DNA of 64,000 bases from Terriglobia bacterium (GCA_965206645.1 CBDBKE010000004.1:128001-192000); one strand, 5' to 3'. Numbered from the stretch's first letter, positions 44,705 to 57,189 are shown. Notes: generated by a model from the sequence alone, not told the origin. Numbers and translations: made by a program.

Positions 44705-46231
44705 ATGAAAATGGCGCGCGGTTTGTCTCCCCTTCTGGTTTGCGTTATATGGACGACGACCCTGGCCGGGGCTCTGACTAGTCAGCAGAAGAGCAGAATT
44801 GAGCAGATGGTAGGGACGAAGGGCAGCTACACTTCGGAGGAGGACGTCTACAAGGTCACCTTCCCTCGTACGGATGTGAAGGTTACTGTGGACCGCCGGC
44901 CGATACATCCGTTCCTGGGACTCACCTCGTGGGCGGCGTTCACTTCCGGCCGCCATCAGGAAGCGATCGTCATGGGCGATCTGGTGCTGTTCCAGGACGA
45001 GGTTGACGCCGCGATGTCGGTCGCGCTCGACAACGGCCTGGAAGTCACTGCGCTTCATAACCATTTCCTTTTTGATAAGCCGAAGGTAGTGTTCATGCAC
45101 ATCGGCGGCAGCGGGAGCGTGGAACAGCTTGCCGTTGCTGTGCGCAAAGCGCTGGATAAAGTCAGGGAGATCCGAGAGGCCACGCCGGTCCCTGCCACTC
45201 ATTTCCCCGGATCGCTAATTCCTGAGAAGAGCTCGATCACGACAGCCGGCATTGACGGCATTCTCGGGGTCAAGGGGCAGTCGAAGGAGGGCATGTATAA
45301 AGTGAGCATTGGCCGCACGGCGGAAATGCACGGGCGCACGGTTGGCAACCGAATGGGGGTGAACACGTGGGCGGCTTTTGCCGGCACCGACGACAACGCG
45401 GTGGTAGACGGCGACTTCGCCATGCGGGAATCCGAGCTGCAGGCGGTGTTGAAGGCCCTGCGCAAAGCGGGAATTTCCATTGTTGCCATTCACAACCACA
45501 TGACTGAGGAAGAGCCACGGTACGTTTTCTTACACTACTGGGGCAAGGGACCGGCCGCGGCCCTAGCGCAGGGGATCAAGGCTGCCCTGAATGCGCAGCG
45601 CACTGCCGGCAAGAACTGCAACCACACCGGAATCATCAACTTTGACTCCGCCGTGCCGGGCCCATTACCAGCCGCATGGGTTTCAACGATGACCAGCACT
45701 GGCAGGCCGCCTCGGTGGGAAGTGGTTGCCGACAGCACCGCACCCAGCCGGCCGAACGTGTTGGGACAGCTCTCCGGCGATGCAAGTCGGGGCCGCTTTC
45801 CGCTGGCCATCCTGAACACTCCGGAGTGCAAGGACGGCGAGCTCAGCGTGGGATTCAAGCCGATTTCGGGTAAAGTGGACCAAGCGGCTGGGCTGGTGTG
45901 GCGATACCGGGACGAGAATCACTACTACATCGTTCGCGCCAATGGCGTCGAAGACAACGTGGTGCTCTACAAGGTAGAAGGCGGCAAGCGGACGTCTCTG
46001 GCGCCTAAAGATATGCCTGCCGGAACTTACGGGGTCGGGCGTCCAGTACCTACACAGACCTGGAGCACGCTGCGAGTTGTCTTCCAGGACTCAGTGTTCA
46101 CGGTTTATTTCAACGGGCAGAAACTTTTCGAGATAGAGGATTCTACCTTCACCGGGTCTGGTAAAGTCGGGCTGTGGACGAAGGCGGACAGCGTCACCTA
46201 TTTCGACGATTTTCGCCTGGTTCGGAAGTGA
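44705..46231 (+). CDS. Secreted tandem DUF1259 (LppY/LpqO-like) protein fused to a ConA-like/DUF1080-like domain
   Basis: Two repeats with WAAF, GD(L/F), HNH and F(M/L)H motifs. C-terminal domain carries GKVDQAAGLVWRY, NVVLYKV and GKVGLWTKADSVTYFDD. Confidence 0.75.
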   Translation: MKMARGLSPLLVCVIWTTTLAGALTSQQKSRIEQMVGTKGSYTSEEDVYKVTFPRTDVKVTVDRRPIHPFLGLTSWAAFTSGRHQEAIVMGDLVLFQDEVDAAMSVALDNGLEVTALHNHFLFDKPKVVFMHIGGSGSVEQLAVAVRKALDKVREIREATPVPATHFPGSLIPEKSSITTAGIDGILGVKGQSKEGMYKVSIGRTAEMHGRTVGNRMGVNTWAAFAGTDDNAVVDGDFAMRESELQAVLKALRKAGISIVAIHNHMTEEEPRYVFLHYWGKGPAAALAQGIKAALNAQRTAGKNCNHTGIINFDSAVPGPLPAAWVSTMTSTGRPPRWEVVADSTAPSRPNVLGQLSGDASRGRFPLAILNTPECKDGELSVGFKPISGKVDQAAGLVWRYRDENHYYIVRANGVEDNVVLYKVEGGKRTSLAPKDMPAGTYGVGRPVPTQTWSTLRVVFQDSVFTVYFNGQKLFEIEDSTFTGSGKVGLWTKADSVTYFDDFRLVRK

Positions 46232-46242
46232 AGGAGGCTGTC

Positions 46243-47280
46243 ATGAAGACGATAGTTAGGGTTTTTACGGGGGCGATCTTGTTGGCCTTCGCGCTTGGTG
46301 CTGCCCTGTGGGCGGGCAGCGAGCAAACCCCGTCACGAGTGTTCGTGGTGAACACCCAAGATGCTTCCGTCTCGCTGGTGGACCTGAAGGCCATGAAGGA
46401 AATCCGCAGGTTCACCGTCGGCCAGGGTCCTTATGGCATTGCGGTCAGCCCGGATGGTAGGACAGTGGCGGTGGGTGTTGAGGATGAAGAGAAGGTCAAG
46501 TTCTTTGACGCGGCCGATTTCCGTCTGAAAGGGGAAGTCCCCATCGGGAAGATGCACCACGACCACATGGTGCTCACTCAGGACAGCAAACATGTACTGG
46601 TGGCCAACTTCTACAGCGACGACGTGGTCGCCATTGACATCACGAAGATGAAGGAGGCATACCGCATCGAAGGGACCAGTGCGCCGCACGTAGTCAAGTA
46701 CGGGCCCTTGAAACAATACGCCTATGTGACCTGCAAGAAGATCACCGGCGTCGCCATCATTGACCCAGCCGCCCCCAGGCTGGTCAAGTTTCACCAGATC
46801 AACGTCAATCCCCGCAGCCTGACCCTCTCGCCCGACGAGTCCAAGCTGTACTTTGGCTCGTTCTGGGTGGACGGCTTCTTTGAAATGGAGACCCAGTCGG
46901 GCAAGGTAACGCGGCTATTTGCCCTGGAGCCGCCCTCGGGGAACCGGGCGCCCCAGGAGGTGACCTATCACGGCGTCGAGGTGATTGGAGCGAACCTGGT
47001 GCTTGCGGCTAACGAAGGGCGCTCCTATCTGGATGCGGTGGACCTCCGCACGGGCAAGTTGCTCGACCGCCTCATGGACGTTTCAAAGCCCTGCTGCATT
47101 GAGCAGATTCCTGGAACTGAAGACGGGCCCGTGCGCGTATTAGTCAGCAACATCGGCGACGCAACCATGCAGGTGGTGGAAGTTTCCAGCAGTGGTAAAT
47201 TAAAGTCCCTTGGCAAGGTCCAGGTGGGAAAGGCTCCCAAGCGCGTGGCTTTTCTGCCCGCTTCTGCTGGCCGGCTCTAG
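46243..47280 (+). CDS. Secreted YVTN/YncE-type beta-propeller protein
   Basis: Signal peptide; repeated P.GIAVSPDG / PRSLTLSPD blade motifs; AGGAGG RBS. Confidence 0.8.
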   Translation: MKTIVRVFTGAILLAFALGAALWAGSEQTPSRVFVVNTQDASVSLVDLKAMKEIRRFTVGQGPYGIAVSPDGRTVAVGVEDEEKVKFFDAADFRLKGEVPIGKMHHDHMVLTQDSKHVLVANFYSDDVVAIDITKMKEAYRIEGTSAPHVVKYGPLKQYAYVTCKKITGVAIIDPAAPRLVKFHQINVNPRSLTLSPDESKLYFGSFWVDGFFEMETQSGKVTRLFALEPPSGNRAPQEVTYHGVEVIGANLVLAANEGRSYLDAVDLRTGKLLDRLMDVSKPCCIEQIPGTEDGPVRVLVSNIGDATMQVVEVSSSGKLKSLGKVQVGKAPKRVAFLPASAGRL

Positions 47281-47380
47281 CCCCCGTATCGCAATCTTTC
47301 TAGAAACCCCATTATCAGAATAAGCACGGCACCACAGCGTCTGAACTGGTCAAGGACTTCGGCCTGACCGGCCGCCGAGT

Positions 47381-47656
47381 CTAGTTCGGGCGGGAGCCAT
47401 CGCCGCTGCGGCGGAGCCACTCCTCGAAGGCGCGAGCCAGCGAGTCCACCCGCTCGGTCAGCACTCCGAGGGCAGTAACGATAGTAGTGATCTGCGCCTG
47501 CTGTTCTCGCACGACAGCGACCAAAGCAGTCTGCTGTTCGGCGAGCGTTTGAATCTGTACCTCGGCCCGGTTCTGGCGCTCGGCCAACTCCTGGATCTTC
47601 GCCGTGGCTTGTGCCTGCTGGTTGAGGATGAATTCGATGGTCTTTTCGACGTCCAT
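47381..47656 (-). CDS. Small coiled-coil hypothetical protein
   Basis: MDVEKTIEFILNQQA followed by heptad repeats; GAGG RBS. Confidence 0.65.
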   Translation of the reverse strand: MDVEKTIEFILNQQAQATAKIQELAERQNRAEVQIQTLAEQQTALVAVVREQQAQITTIVTALGVLTERVDSLARAFEEWLRRSGDGSRPN

Positions 47657-47677
47657 CGTGTGCCTCTGCTCAGTTTG

Positions 47678-48106
47678 TCACGAAGGTGTAGCCGGCTGCC
47701 CTGAGAGCCCGAACAGAGCGCGATACTTCTCCGATAGCGGACGTGGCTGCAGGTTTGAGTCGGTGATGAAGTGCACGGTTTCGCCGGTGGCCAGCAACTG
47801 GCCACTCTCGGAATTGTGCAGCTCGTAGGCGAAGGCAATTACGGTGGGGCGGGTGTGCTTCAGCCAGGTGCGAATTCGCAGCAGGTCGTCGAAGCGAGCG
47901 GGCGCCTTATAGCGGCAGCGCGCTTCGGCCACCACCAGCAGCGCGCCGTCCTCCCGCTCCATGTCGCGATAATTGAAACCGCGCGCCCTGCACCACTCCA
48001 CGCGTCCCACCTCGAAGTAGGTGAAGTAATGCCCGTAGTAGACGACCCCCATCTGGTCGGTTTCGGCGTAGCGCACCCGCACGGTGCTTTCCACAGCCTC
48101 GCGCAT
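47678..48106 (-). CDS. Acyl-CoA thioesterase (YbgC/4HBT hotdog family)
   Basis: Motifs VRYAETDQMGVVYY, YFEVGR and YKAPARFDD. Confidence 0.9.
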   Translation of the reverse strand: MREAVESTVRVRYAETDQMGVVYYGHYFTYFEVGRVEWCRARGFNYRDMEREDGALLVVAEARCRYKAPARFDDLLRIRTWLKHTRPTVIAFAYELHNSESGQLLATGETVHFITDSNLQPRPLSEKYRALFGLSGQPATPS

Positions 48107-48666
48107 CAGACTGCCGTTTTTCGCCGCCTGGTTGGAGGTTCGGCCGGGACGAAGTAGACGTCGGTGGGCTTGAACTGGGACTTGCGGCGGAACCGCGCGG
48201 CGATGCCCATGCCCACGTGGATCTGTTCCTGGGTGACGCCCACCAGGCGGGACAGCAGCAACGTGTCGATTCCCTCAAACTCCACTAGTACCAGGTTGAA
48301 AGGGGTTTCTTTCAGAAACTCCTCGCTGCCAAAGTGGCAGGTGGTCCAGGTGTGGACGCGTCCCTGCTGGGAAAGCTCGATCCATTTGGTCGGGGCTCCG
48401 CACTGCATGCAATAGGCGCGGGGGGTGGCGAAGGCGTGCCGGCACCGGGTGCAGCGGCTGCCCATCAACTTTCCCTGCGACAGGCCGAGGAAGAATGGCG
48501 TGTCTTCTGCGTAGCTGTGGATGTAGTCAATTTCGTAGTGCGCGCGAATGATCAGCGGGTCAGTGTGCCAGACCACAGTGCCGGTATCCAACTCCGGCAA
48601 CCGGACCTTATCGTACCGGGGCTTAGAACCAGCCTGGCGGGAGGGCTTCGCTTTTTTCCTGGGCAT
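48106..48666 (-). CDS. DUF35 Zn-ribbon/OB-fold protein (thiolase partner)
   Basis: CTRC...CMQC Zn ribbon followed by an OB fold (GRVHTWT, PFNLVLVE). Directly downstream of the thiolase gene. Confidence 0.88.
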   Translation of the reverse strand: MPRKKAKPSRQAGSKPRYDKVRLPELDTGTVVWHTDPLIIRAHYEIDYIHSYAEDTPFFLGLSQGKLMGSRCTRCRHAFATPRAYCMQCGAPTKWIELSQQGRVHTWTTCHFGSEEFLKETPFNLVLVEFEGIDTLLLSRLVGVTQEQIHVGMGIAARFRRKSQFKPTDVYFVPAEPPTRRRKTAV

Positions 48667-48668
48667 GG

Positions 48669-49925
48669 CTAGACGCTCTCCATCAGCGTGGCGGTCACAT
48701 AGGTGCCGGTGCCGGCGTGGCTGTGGATCAGGCCGCGCATGGGGCGGTTCTTCTCCTGAATATGGCCGTCGCCGCCGTTGTGCTTGGCGACGGTGCCCTG
48801 CAACTGCCAGAAGGCGAACACGGCCTGCATCAGGCCGGTGGCTCCCACCGGGTGGCCGCAGGCGATCAGTCCTCCGGAAGGGTTGACCGGAATGTTTCCG
48901 TCCAACATCGGCGCCCCGGACTCAATGAACTTGCCGCCCTCACCGTAGCGACACAGGCCCATATCCTCGTAGGTCTGGATTTCGCTGGAGGTGTAGGCGT
49001 CGTGCAGCTCCATGAAGTCGATCTCTTCAACCGGGTTGGTGATGCCAGCCATCTTGTATACGTTGATAGCGGCCGTCCGCCCGGCGCGGAAGGAATGTAC
49101 GCCGGGATATTTCAAGTTCTTGTACGACTTCTTGTCCTCATGGGGCAGCAGGGGGACCTTCCCGTGGGGGCGATCGGCCATGCGCATGGCGTCGGAGCCG
49201 GCGCCGATCGCCTTCACCAGCACCGGGCGGCGGCAGACTCGCTGGGCTACCTCCTCCGAGCACATGATGCAGACTGCCGCGCCGTCCGACATGGTGCAGA
49301 TGTCGAGCATGGTCAGCGGGTAGGCTACCATCGGGGAATCCAGCACGTCCTCCACCGTCAGGTCGTAGTGGTGTTGCGCCCACCTGTTGTGGAGCGCGTT
49401 GCGGTGGTTTTTCACCGTCACCAGGGCCAGTTGCCGGCGGGTGGTGCCGAACTCATGCATGTGACGCACCACCATCATCGCGTAGTAGCCAGTGTAGAAG
49501 CCGCCCACCGGATAGTCAAAGTTGGTGTCGGAGGCGCAGGCGATGAATTCGTTCCCCTTCCAGGTGTTGACGCGGGACATGGTCTCGAAGCCCATAGCCA
49601 CCACGCAATCCATCATGCCGCTGGCAACGGTGCGCCAGGCCTCCTGGACACAGAGGCCGCCGGTGGCCCCGCCGCCCTCGATGCGCACCGTGGGCTTCGG
49701 AACCAGGCCGCACATGTCCACCGCCATCACTCCGGCTTTCAACTGGCGGGTGAAGTGGTCGGAGAAGTAGCTGACCACGGTGCCGTCAATTGTGTCGGTG
49801 GTGAGCTTGGGCACGTCGCGCCGAGCGTAGTCATAGGCCTCCTTGACCATCACCCGGAAGCTCTTACCCGGCTCGGCTTTGCGAAACTTGGTGATTCCGC
49901 CCGCGACCATGTAGACGGGACGCAT
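48669..49925 (-). CDS. SCP2-type thiolase-fold protein lacking the canonical nucleophilic Cys
   Basis: RIEGGGATGG at the position normally ExxCAS/TG; also SDGAA, ELHDAY and NPSGGLIACGHPVGATG. Confidence 0.85.
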   Translation of the reverse strand: MRPVYMVAGGITKFRKAEPGKSFRVMVKEAYDYARRDVPKLTTDTIDGTVVSYFSDHFTRQLKAGVMAVDMCGLVPKPTVRIEGGGATGGLCVQEAWRTVASGMMDCVVAMGFETMSRVNTWKGNEFIACASDTNFDYPVGGFYTGYYAMMVVRHMHEFGTTRRQLALVTVKNHRNALHNRWAQHHYDLTVEDVLDSPMVAYPLTMLDICTMSDGAAVCIMCSEEVAQRVCRRPVLVKAIGAGSDAMRMADRPHGKVPLLPHEDKKSYKNLKYPGVHSFRAGRTAAINVYKMAGITNPVEEIDFMELHDAYTSSEIQTYEDMGLCRYGEGGKFIESGAPMLDGNIPVNPSGGLIACGHPVGATGLMQAVFAFWQLQGTVAKHNGGDGHIQEKNRPMRGLIHSHAGTGTYVTATLMESV

Positions 49926-49976
49926 AGGGAGTTGCTCCTTCGGGAAATGTGCGTTCGAGCAGCCTGTCGCGGGGTC

Positions 49977-50399
49977 TCACCTGCGGGCAGGGCGCTCGGC
50001 GACATGAGTCTGGACGGACTGCCGGACGAATTGGATGATACCGTCCATCGAGGCGCCGGGCTGGAACACCGCGGTCACACCCTGCTCTTTCATCGCGGGG
50101 ATGTCGGCGTCGGGGATGATGCCCCCCAGCAGGACCAGCACGTCGTCCAGCCCCTTCTCCTTCAGCAGGGCGCAGACGCGCGGGACGATGGTGGTGTGCG
50201 CGCCCGACAGGATGGAAAGCCCCACCACGTCCACGTCCTCCTGGAGCGCGGCGGTGGCAATCATCTCCGGCGTCTGGCGCAACCCGGTGTAGATCACCTC
50301 CATGCCGGCGTCGCGCAGGGCGCGAGCGATCACCTTGGCCCCGCGGTCGTGACCGTCCAGGCCGGGTTTGGCAACCAATACCCGAATCTTTCGTTCCAC
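49977..50399 (-). CDS. icmB: Acyl-CoA mutase small, cobalamin-binding subunit
   Basis: [12 protein letters not shown] (DxHxxG), GLSILSGAH and GGIIP motifs. GTG start with GAGGT RBS. Confidence 0.82.
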   Translation of the reverse strand: MERKIRVLVAKPGLDGHDRGAKVIARALRDAGMEVIYTGLRQTPEMIATAALQEDVDVVGLSILSGAHTTIVPRVCALLKEKGLDDVLVLLGGIIPDADIPAMKEQGVTAVFQPGASMDGIIQFVRQSVQTHVAERPARR

Positions 50400-50468
50400 C
50401 GCTGACCTACCTCGCATCTCGGCACGCTTTAGCCTGGCCTCCACGTCATGGCGTCATGAAGCGCGCCG

Positions 50469-52118
<1,650 letters not shown>

Positions 52119-52354
52119 GACTCCATAATAGCCCACTCACTGAGCTTTTACCGCCGGTAGCCGCGCCTTGCATCCAACAATCCATGGGGCATTTGTCCAA
52201 ACGGGCTGTCAATTACGGGCAACCGAAGGGCATCCGGGGTGTTACACTGCCGCCTCGATGGCACAAGTTCACTCCCGGTGAGCTACACTATAGCTTTACG
52301 GTGCGCTTGCGGCACCTCCCCCTTGAGGCAGGAATTCCGGAGGGAATTCGAGGG

Positions 52355-53743
52355 ATGGAAGGACAAATGAGTCCAGCAGGGCAGCGCGGTTCAAGTTTAG
52401 CGGCGAAGCGCAAGAACGCAACACGCGCGCGTGGTACGCATCCCGCCGTGATCCGGCCCGCGGCCGTCCTCATGGCCTGGTGTCTCTGGTTGGGCTCGCC
52501 TGCAATGGGTCTTGCAGCGGGGCATCCTCAAGCTGCCACTGAGGCCGACATCCGAGCGCTGATGAAGAGGCCGGCGGTCGAAGCCGCATTGAAGCACTTG
52601 AGCGACCACTACGACCAGATTCTTGAGGACTTGGTGGCCCTCACCGAGATTCCCGCTCCGCCGTTCAAGGAAGCAGCCCGGGCCCGGTACTTCGCCAAGC
52701 GCCTGCGCGGACTGGGCCTGAAAAACGTCCACATTGACGAAGAGGGAAATGTGGTAGGCGAGCGTCCCGGCGCGGGTGACGGGCCCACCCTGATGCTGGC
52801 CGCTCACCTGGATACGGTGTTCCCCGAGGGGACCAAAACACGGGTCCGGAAACACGGAAGCATCTACGCCGCCCCCGGCATCGGCGATAATGGGCATGGC
52901 CTGGCGGTCATGCTGGCGCTGATCCGGGCGCTAGAGGCCGTCTCGGTGCGCACCGGTGGCGACATCATCTTCGTCGGCGACGTGGGCGAAGAGGGGCTGG
53001 GCGATCTGCGCGGCGTCCGCTATCTATTCGAGAAGAGCCCGTTACGTCAGCGGGTGGACCTGTTCATTTCCATAGATGGGCTGGGGGATTCGGCAATCAC
53101 CAATGGCGGCGTGGCCAGCCGGCGCTACCGGGTCACCTACCGTGGCCCGGGCGGCCACAGCTATGGTGCCTTCGGCCTAGTGAATCCGGCATTCGCCATG
53201 GCTGCCACCGTGGCGCGCTTGAGCCGCTTGAAGGTGCCCGAGCATCCGAGGACGACCTTCAACGTGGGTCGTTACGGCGGCGGCACTTCGGTGAACGCCC
53301 TCCCCGAGTCGGTGTGGATGGAGGTGGACTTGCGATCCGACTCCCCGGCCGAGCTGGCCAGACTCGAACAGCAATTTCTGGCCGCGGTCAAGGAAGGAGC
53401 CAGGGAAGAGAACCAGGCGCGCAGCACCGAGTATGGCCGCATCGTTGTGGAACCCAAACTGGTGGGGGACCGCAAAGGCGGCCAGACGCCCGCCGACTCC
53501 CCGCTGGTCGAAACCGCCGTGGCCGTGACCCGAGCTCTGGGGAACCTGCCTGCGCTGCGCTACGGCAGCACTGATGCAAATGTGCCGATCAGCGTGGGGA
53601 TTCCCGCCATCACGGTCGGCTCCGGCGGCCGAGGTGGCCGCAGCCATTCTCTGGACGAATGGGTGAACGTGGACAAGGTCGGTACGCTGTCGGGCATCGA
53701 ACGCACTATGCTGCTGGTCCTGGCCTTGGTGGGCGTAGAGTAG
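52355..53743 (+). CDS. M20/M25/M40 family metallopeptidase/hydrolase, probably exported; start uncertain
   Basis: Motifs EIPAPPFKE, AHLDTVF, GIGDN, VGEEGLGDLRG, GGHS, STDAN and HSLDEW. Confidence 0.85.
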   Translation: MEGQMSPAGQRGSSLAAKRKNATRARGTHPAVIRPAAVLMAWCLWLGSPAMGLAAGHPQAATEADIRALMKRPAVEAALKHLSDHYDQILEDLVALTEIPAPPFKEAARARYFAKRLRGLGLKNVHIDEEGNVVGERPGAGDGPTLMLAAHLDTVFPEGTKTRVRKHGSIYAAPGIGDNGHGLAVMLALIRALEAVSVRTGGDIIFVGDVGEEGLGDLRGVRYLFEKSPLRQRVDLFISIDGLGDSAITNGGVASRRYRVTYRGPGGHSYGAFGLVNPAFAMAATVARLSRLKVPEHPRTTFNVGRYGGGTSVNALPESVWMEVDLRSDSPAELARLEQQFLAAVKEGAREENQARSTEYGRIVVEPKLVGDRKGGQTPADSPLVETAVAVTRALGNLPALRYGSTDANVPISVGIPAITVGSGGRGGRSHSLDEWVNVDKVGTLSGIERTMLLVLALVGVE

Positions 53744-53768
53744 CCGATGAGCCTGTAGCCGGGCAGGC

Positions 53769-56700
53769 TCAGGGCAGGCGGGCCAGCTCGACACGAGCGC
53801 GGAGCAGGCTGGCGTCGAAGATTAAGGCTCGCTGGAAGGCGTCGCGCGCGACCGCCATTCGGCCAGCGTGACGGGCCAGCAGGCCGCGCAGGTATGAACC
53901 TTGGGCGCGTTGTTGGCGCCGTGGGGCGCGCTCCAAGCCTTCGGCGTCGCTGCGCACAGATTCCAGAAGCAGCTCGGCCTGTTGGGTGCGGCCGAGGTGG
54001 GTCAGAGCCTGGGCGCGGAAGAAGCGTTCCTCAGGGCTGTCGGCCCCAGGACTAGCGATCTCTGCGGCGGCCAGTTCCCAGCGCTGCTGGAAGGCCAGCA
54101 GGCGGGCGCTAAGCCGACCGCCTGACTCATCCGACCCCAGGCCAGCCGGTGACTCGGCGGCGGCAGCAAAGCGCGCCGCGGCCACCTGCAGGTCGCCGTG
54201 CCGCTCAGCTCCCCCCCCCAGCCCAGGTGAACTTCCCGATACAGGTCCAGCAGCGAACGCGCCACCAGTTGCGGGCGGAAGGGGTGGCTGCGAAGCAGTT
54301 CGGCGGCCTCAGCCCAGAGTCCCTGCTGTGCCAGCAGCGCGGCGCGTTGTTCCACCACACGATCGTCATCGGCTGGCATGCCCTCCAGCAGCGCGGAGGC
54401 GTCGCGGGTGCGGTCCTGCTTCGAGTACACTCGTGCCAGCACCAGCCCGGTGGAAATGTCGTCGGGGGCCAGTTCGGCTGCGCGAGCCAGTGCGGCTAAC
54501 CCGGCTTCCTGATCGCCCACCTCCAGTTCAGCCGTGCCCAGGGCGCGCACCGCCAGGTAGTGGGGCTGCTCGCCGGCGCGCGCCTGGCGCCAGGCTGATA
54601 GGGCCTCCGGCTTCCGGTCCAGCGCCCACATCAAGGTGCCCAGCAAGTAGGAAGCGACTGAATCGCTGGGGTTGGCCTGCGCGGCGAACTGCAGGATGGC
54701 GACTTCCTCACGGCGGAATGGCCAGACGCCTAGCGTCAGTTCGCAGGAGGCGCCTTCCGCCAGATCCCTTCGAACCGCAGGAGGGATTTCGTCGGCCCTG
54801 GCCTGGGAAGCCGTGGCCTGCTGCGCCTGCGCGTAGGCGCGGTAGTAGAACAGCAGTGGATGGCGGGCGCCGGAAGCGGCCAGCCCGAGGCTGGCGATTT
54901 CGGCGCCCGACTCCCAGGCCCTTAGGCGCATGTAAGCGGCGGCTAGTTCCAAATAGCCCTGGACGTGGCGCACCACTCGCTGGTCCACGGCTGTGGTCGG
55001 GCCGGTGCGAGCGAACATCTTTTCGGCGGCGACGAAGGCGCTAGTCGGGTCCAGCGCGTCCAGTGCCGCTAGCTCATTGGCTGCCTCGCGGGGGCGTTCC
55101 ATCCGGCGCAGGGCATAGGCCAGAGATTCGCGGGCGCTGCGGTCTTGGCCATTGCCTTTCAGCACGCGGCGGAACAGGCGGGTGGCCGGCGCAGGGCGGC
55201 CTTCCAGCAGCTCCGCGCGTCCCAGCTCGAATTGCGCGCGGGTGTACTTCTGCGAACCGGGGAACACCTGGTAGAGCTGACGGCGCGCGGCGGCGATCCG
55301 GCCACGCTCCAGGTTCACCGGGCCGAGGTGGTAGCGCGCTTCGCCCCAATCCGGGGCGCGCTCGACGGCCGCACGGAACGTTCGCTCGGCGCTTTCCCAG
55401 TCCGCGCGCGCGAAGGCCAGCAGGCCCAGTTCCAGCAGCGCAGGGGCGAACCGGGCGTCGCTCCGTAGGGCCGCGCGGAAGCTCACGGTAGCCCTCTCCG
55501 GATCGCCCGATTTCAATTCGGCGACACCCTTACGATATGCCTCGTCGGCCGAAAGCGACTCAAGTGGGCCGAAGTTTCGCGCAAGGATATCGATGGCCAG
55601 CTCTTCCGGCTGAGCCGGCGTCCAACGCAGCAGCGTGGTGCCCTGGGCATCCGTTACCTCGACCGCATCCACCAGGGTAGCCGAGCCTGCAACGAGGCCG
55701 AGCACAAAGTCGCGCCGCCACGGCTTCTTCGGAGACAGGTCAGCCGAGGTACGGGCGATTTCGCGACCGCGGTGTAGAAGCCGCACCGTCGCCTGCTTCC
55801 AGACGCGGGTGGGGGAGATTCCCACCATCACCGCGCCGGGTTTCTCCATCACGTTCAGCGCACCGTTAAGGTTGGCGGTGATGAAGCCGCCGATGCCCCG
55901 CACCGGGTACCAGTATTCGGTCCAGCCATCGGTGGCGCCGTGCTCGAGAAACTCGTACTGGCGATGCCCGGCGAAGCGACCACTGCGCAGCTCGACGTAG
56001 GGGCCGTCGGCATCGGTGTAGGTGGAAACGAGCTGGCGGCCGGGCGCCCCGGCGCCCCAGGTCCAGATCCCGGCGCCTCGGGCCACAAAGCGGTTTGCGT
56101 GGCGCACCAGGCCGCGGTCCTTTTCCACGTCGTGGGAGCCAATGTAGTCGTCAGCCAGATCGAGAGCGAGCAGGCCCACCGCCCGCTGGTGGTTACGATA
56201 CCGGCTCCAGTCGATGCCGTCGGCCACCGGCCAGGGGCTCCACTGCGAAGACCCCGAGGCGCGGGCGCGTGTCATCGGGTAGAGGAACCGGGTGCCCGCA
56301 GAGGCTGGTATGGCAGCGTTGGTCCAGAGCAGGTAGCGCTTGCGGGTGCTGTTGGGGTTGAACAGGTTTAGCGTGACCTCGATGTAGGAGCGGCGGGGGT
56401 AGAGTCGGAAAGTGGCCAGCAGCTTGGTGCGGAACAGGTGGTCTACGTGGGAGAGCACGACGGCCACGCTGCCGTCGCGACCCAGCAGCACCGCGTCAGC
56501 CCATGGCTCGCCGGGATAGGTGAGCGTGTGCGCACCGTAGGGCCCGTACACCTCGAAACCGCCCGTCGGCCATGCCCCGCGCGGATTGCGATTGGTGGGC
56601 TTGACCACGTGGTTTTCGTAGAACACCGGCTGCCCGGTGGCCTTCTCGGTAGCCGACCAGATGCGGCCTCCCAGTTCGGGTACCAACGTCACCCGGAGGT

Positions 56701-56968
56701 ATTCGTTCTCCAGCACAATGGAGCGGTAGGTCTTGGTTTCCGGCGTCCGGCTCAGCGTAGTGCGATCGAAAGAGGCGTAAGGATAGAGGCCGCTGTCGTA
56801 CCGGGGAAATAGCGGCGGGGCCGGCTTCGTTCTGGCCAAGGTGTAGGTGGGCAAGACGAGCTTCTCTTCGCCGACGATTACGCTTCCCGCCGGAGCAGCT
56901 CCGGCGGTCTGGAGCAGCGTGCAGGCCAGCACGGAGAAGGCAACCGGCAGCCAGGCGCCGAGAGACAT
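53769..56968 (-). pseudogene. DUF5107 + TPR protein, frameshifted near the 3' end at a G9 tract
   Basis: LENEYLRVTLVPELGGRI and WTNAA (DUF5107-like) followed by TPRs. TPR-like sequence continues in another frame (ORF 53769-54185) after the C9 run at 54211-54219. Confidence 0.7.
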
Positions 56969-57122
56969 GAATCTATTTCACCACAACATGCCACGAACCA
57001 GCCACAAACCGGAAGGATCACATTGCCTGCAAGTAACTCAAAAGGCAAGGGGATGACGGGCGGAGGATGACCTGGAAAAAAGACTGATGCCCGAAAGCCT
57101 CAGTGCCTCACCGCTACGTTCA

Positions 57123-57154
57123 TTTTTGCTTTGTCCGGCCGGACAAAGCAAAAA
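57123..57154. repeat. Perfect 32-bp palindrome
   Basis: TTTTTGCTTTGTCCGG|CCGGACAAAGCAAAAA with no spacer. Confidence 0.85.
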
Positions 57155-57189
57155 AAACCGCCTCCAGACGGGTGAGCGTCTGGAGGCGG
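57150..57189 (-). terminator. Rho-independent terminator of the TonB receptor gene
   Basis: 13-bp stem CCGCCTCCAGACG/CGTCTGGAGGCGG with a 6-nt loop, followed on the minus strand by T8, 17 nt after the stop codon. Confidence 0.85.

Noticed and set aside
48717-50405. 562-aa plus-strand ORF
   Set aside because: Antisense shadow of the thiolase and icmB genes, typical of high-GC codon bias; no motifs.
52119-52354. Cobalamin riboswitch upstream of the B12 mutase
   Set aside because: No recognisable B12-box or conserved GGGAA/GCCACTG core on the minus strand.
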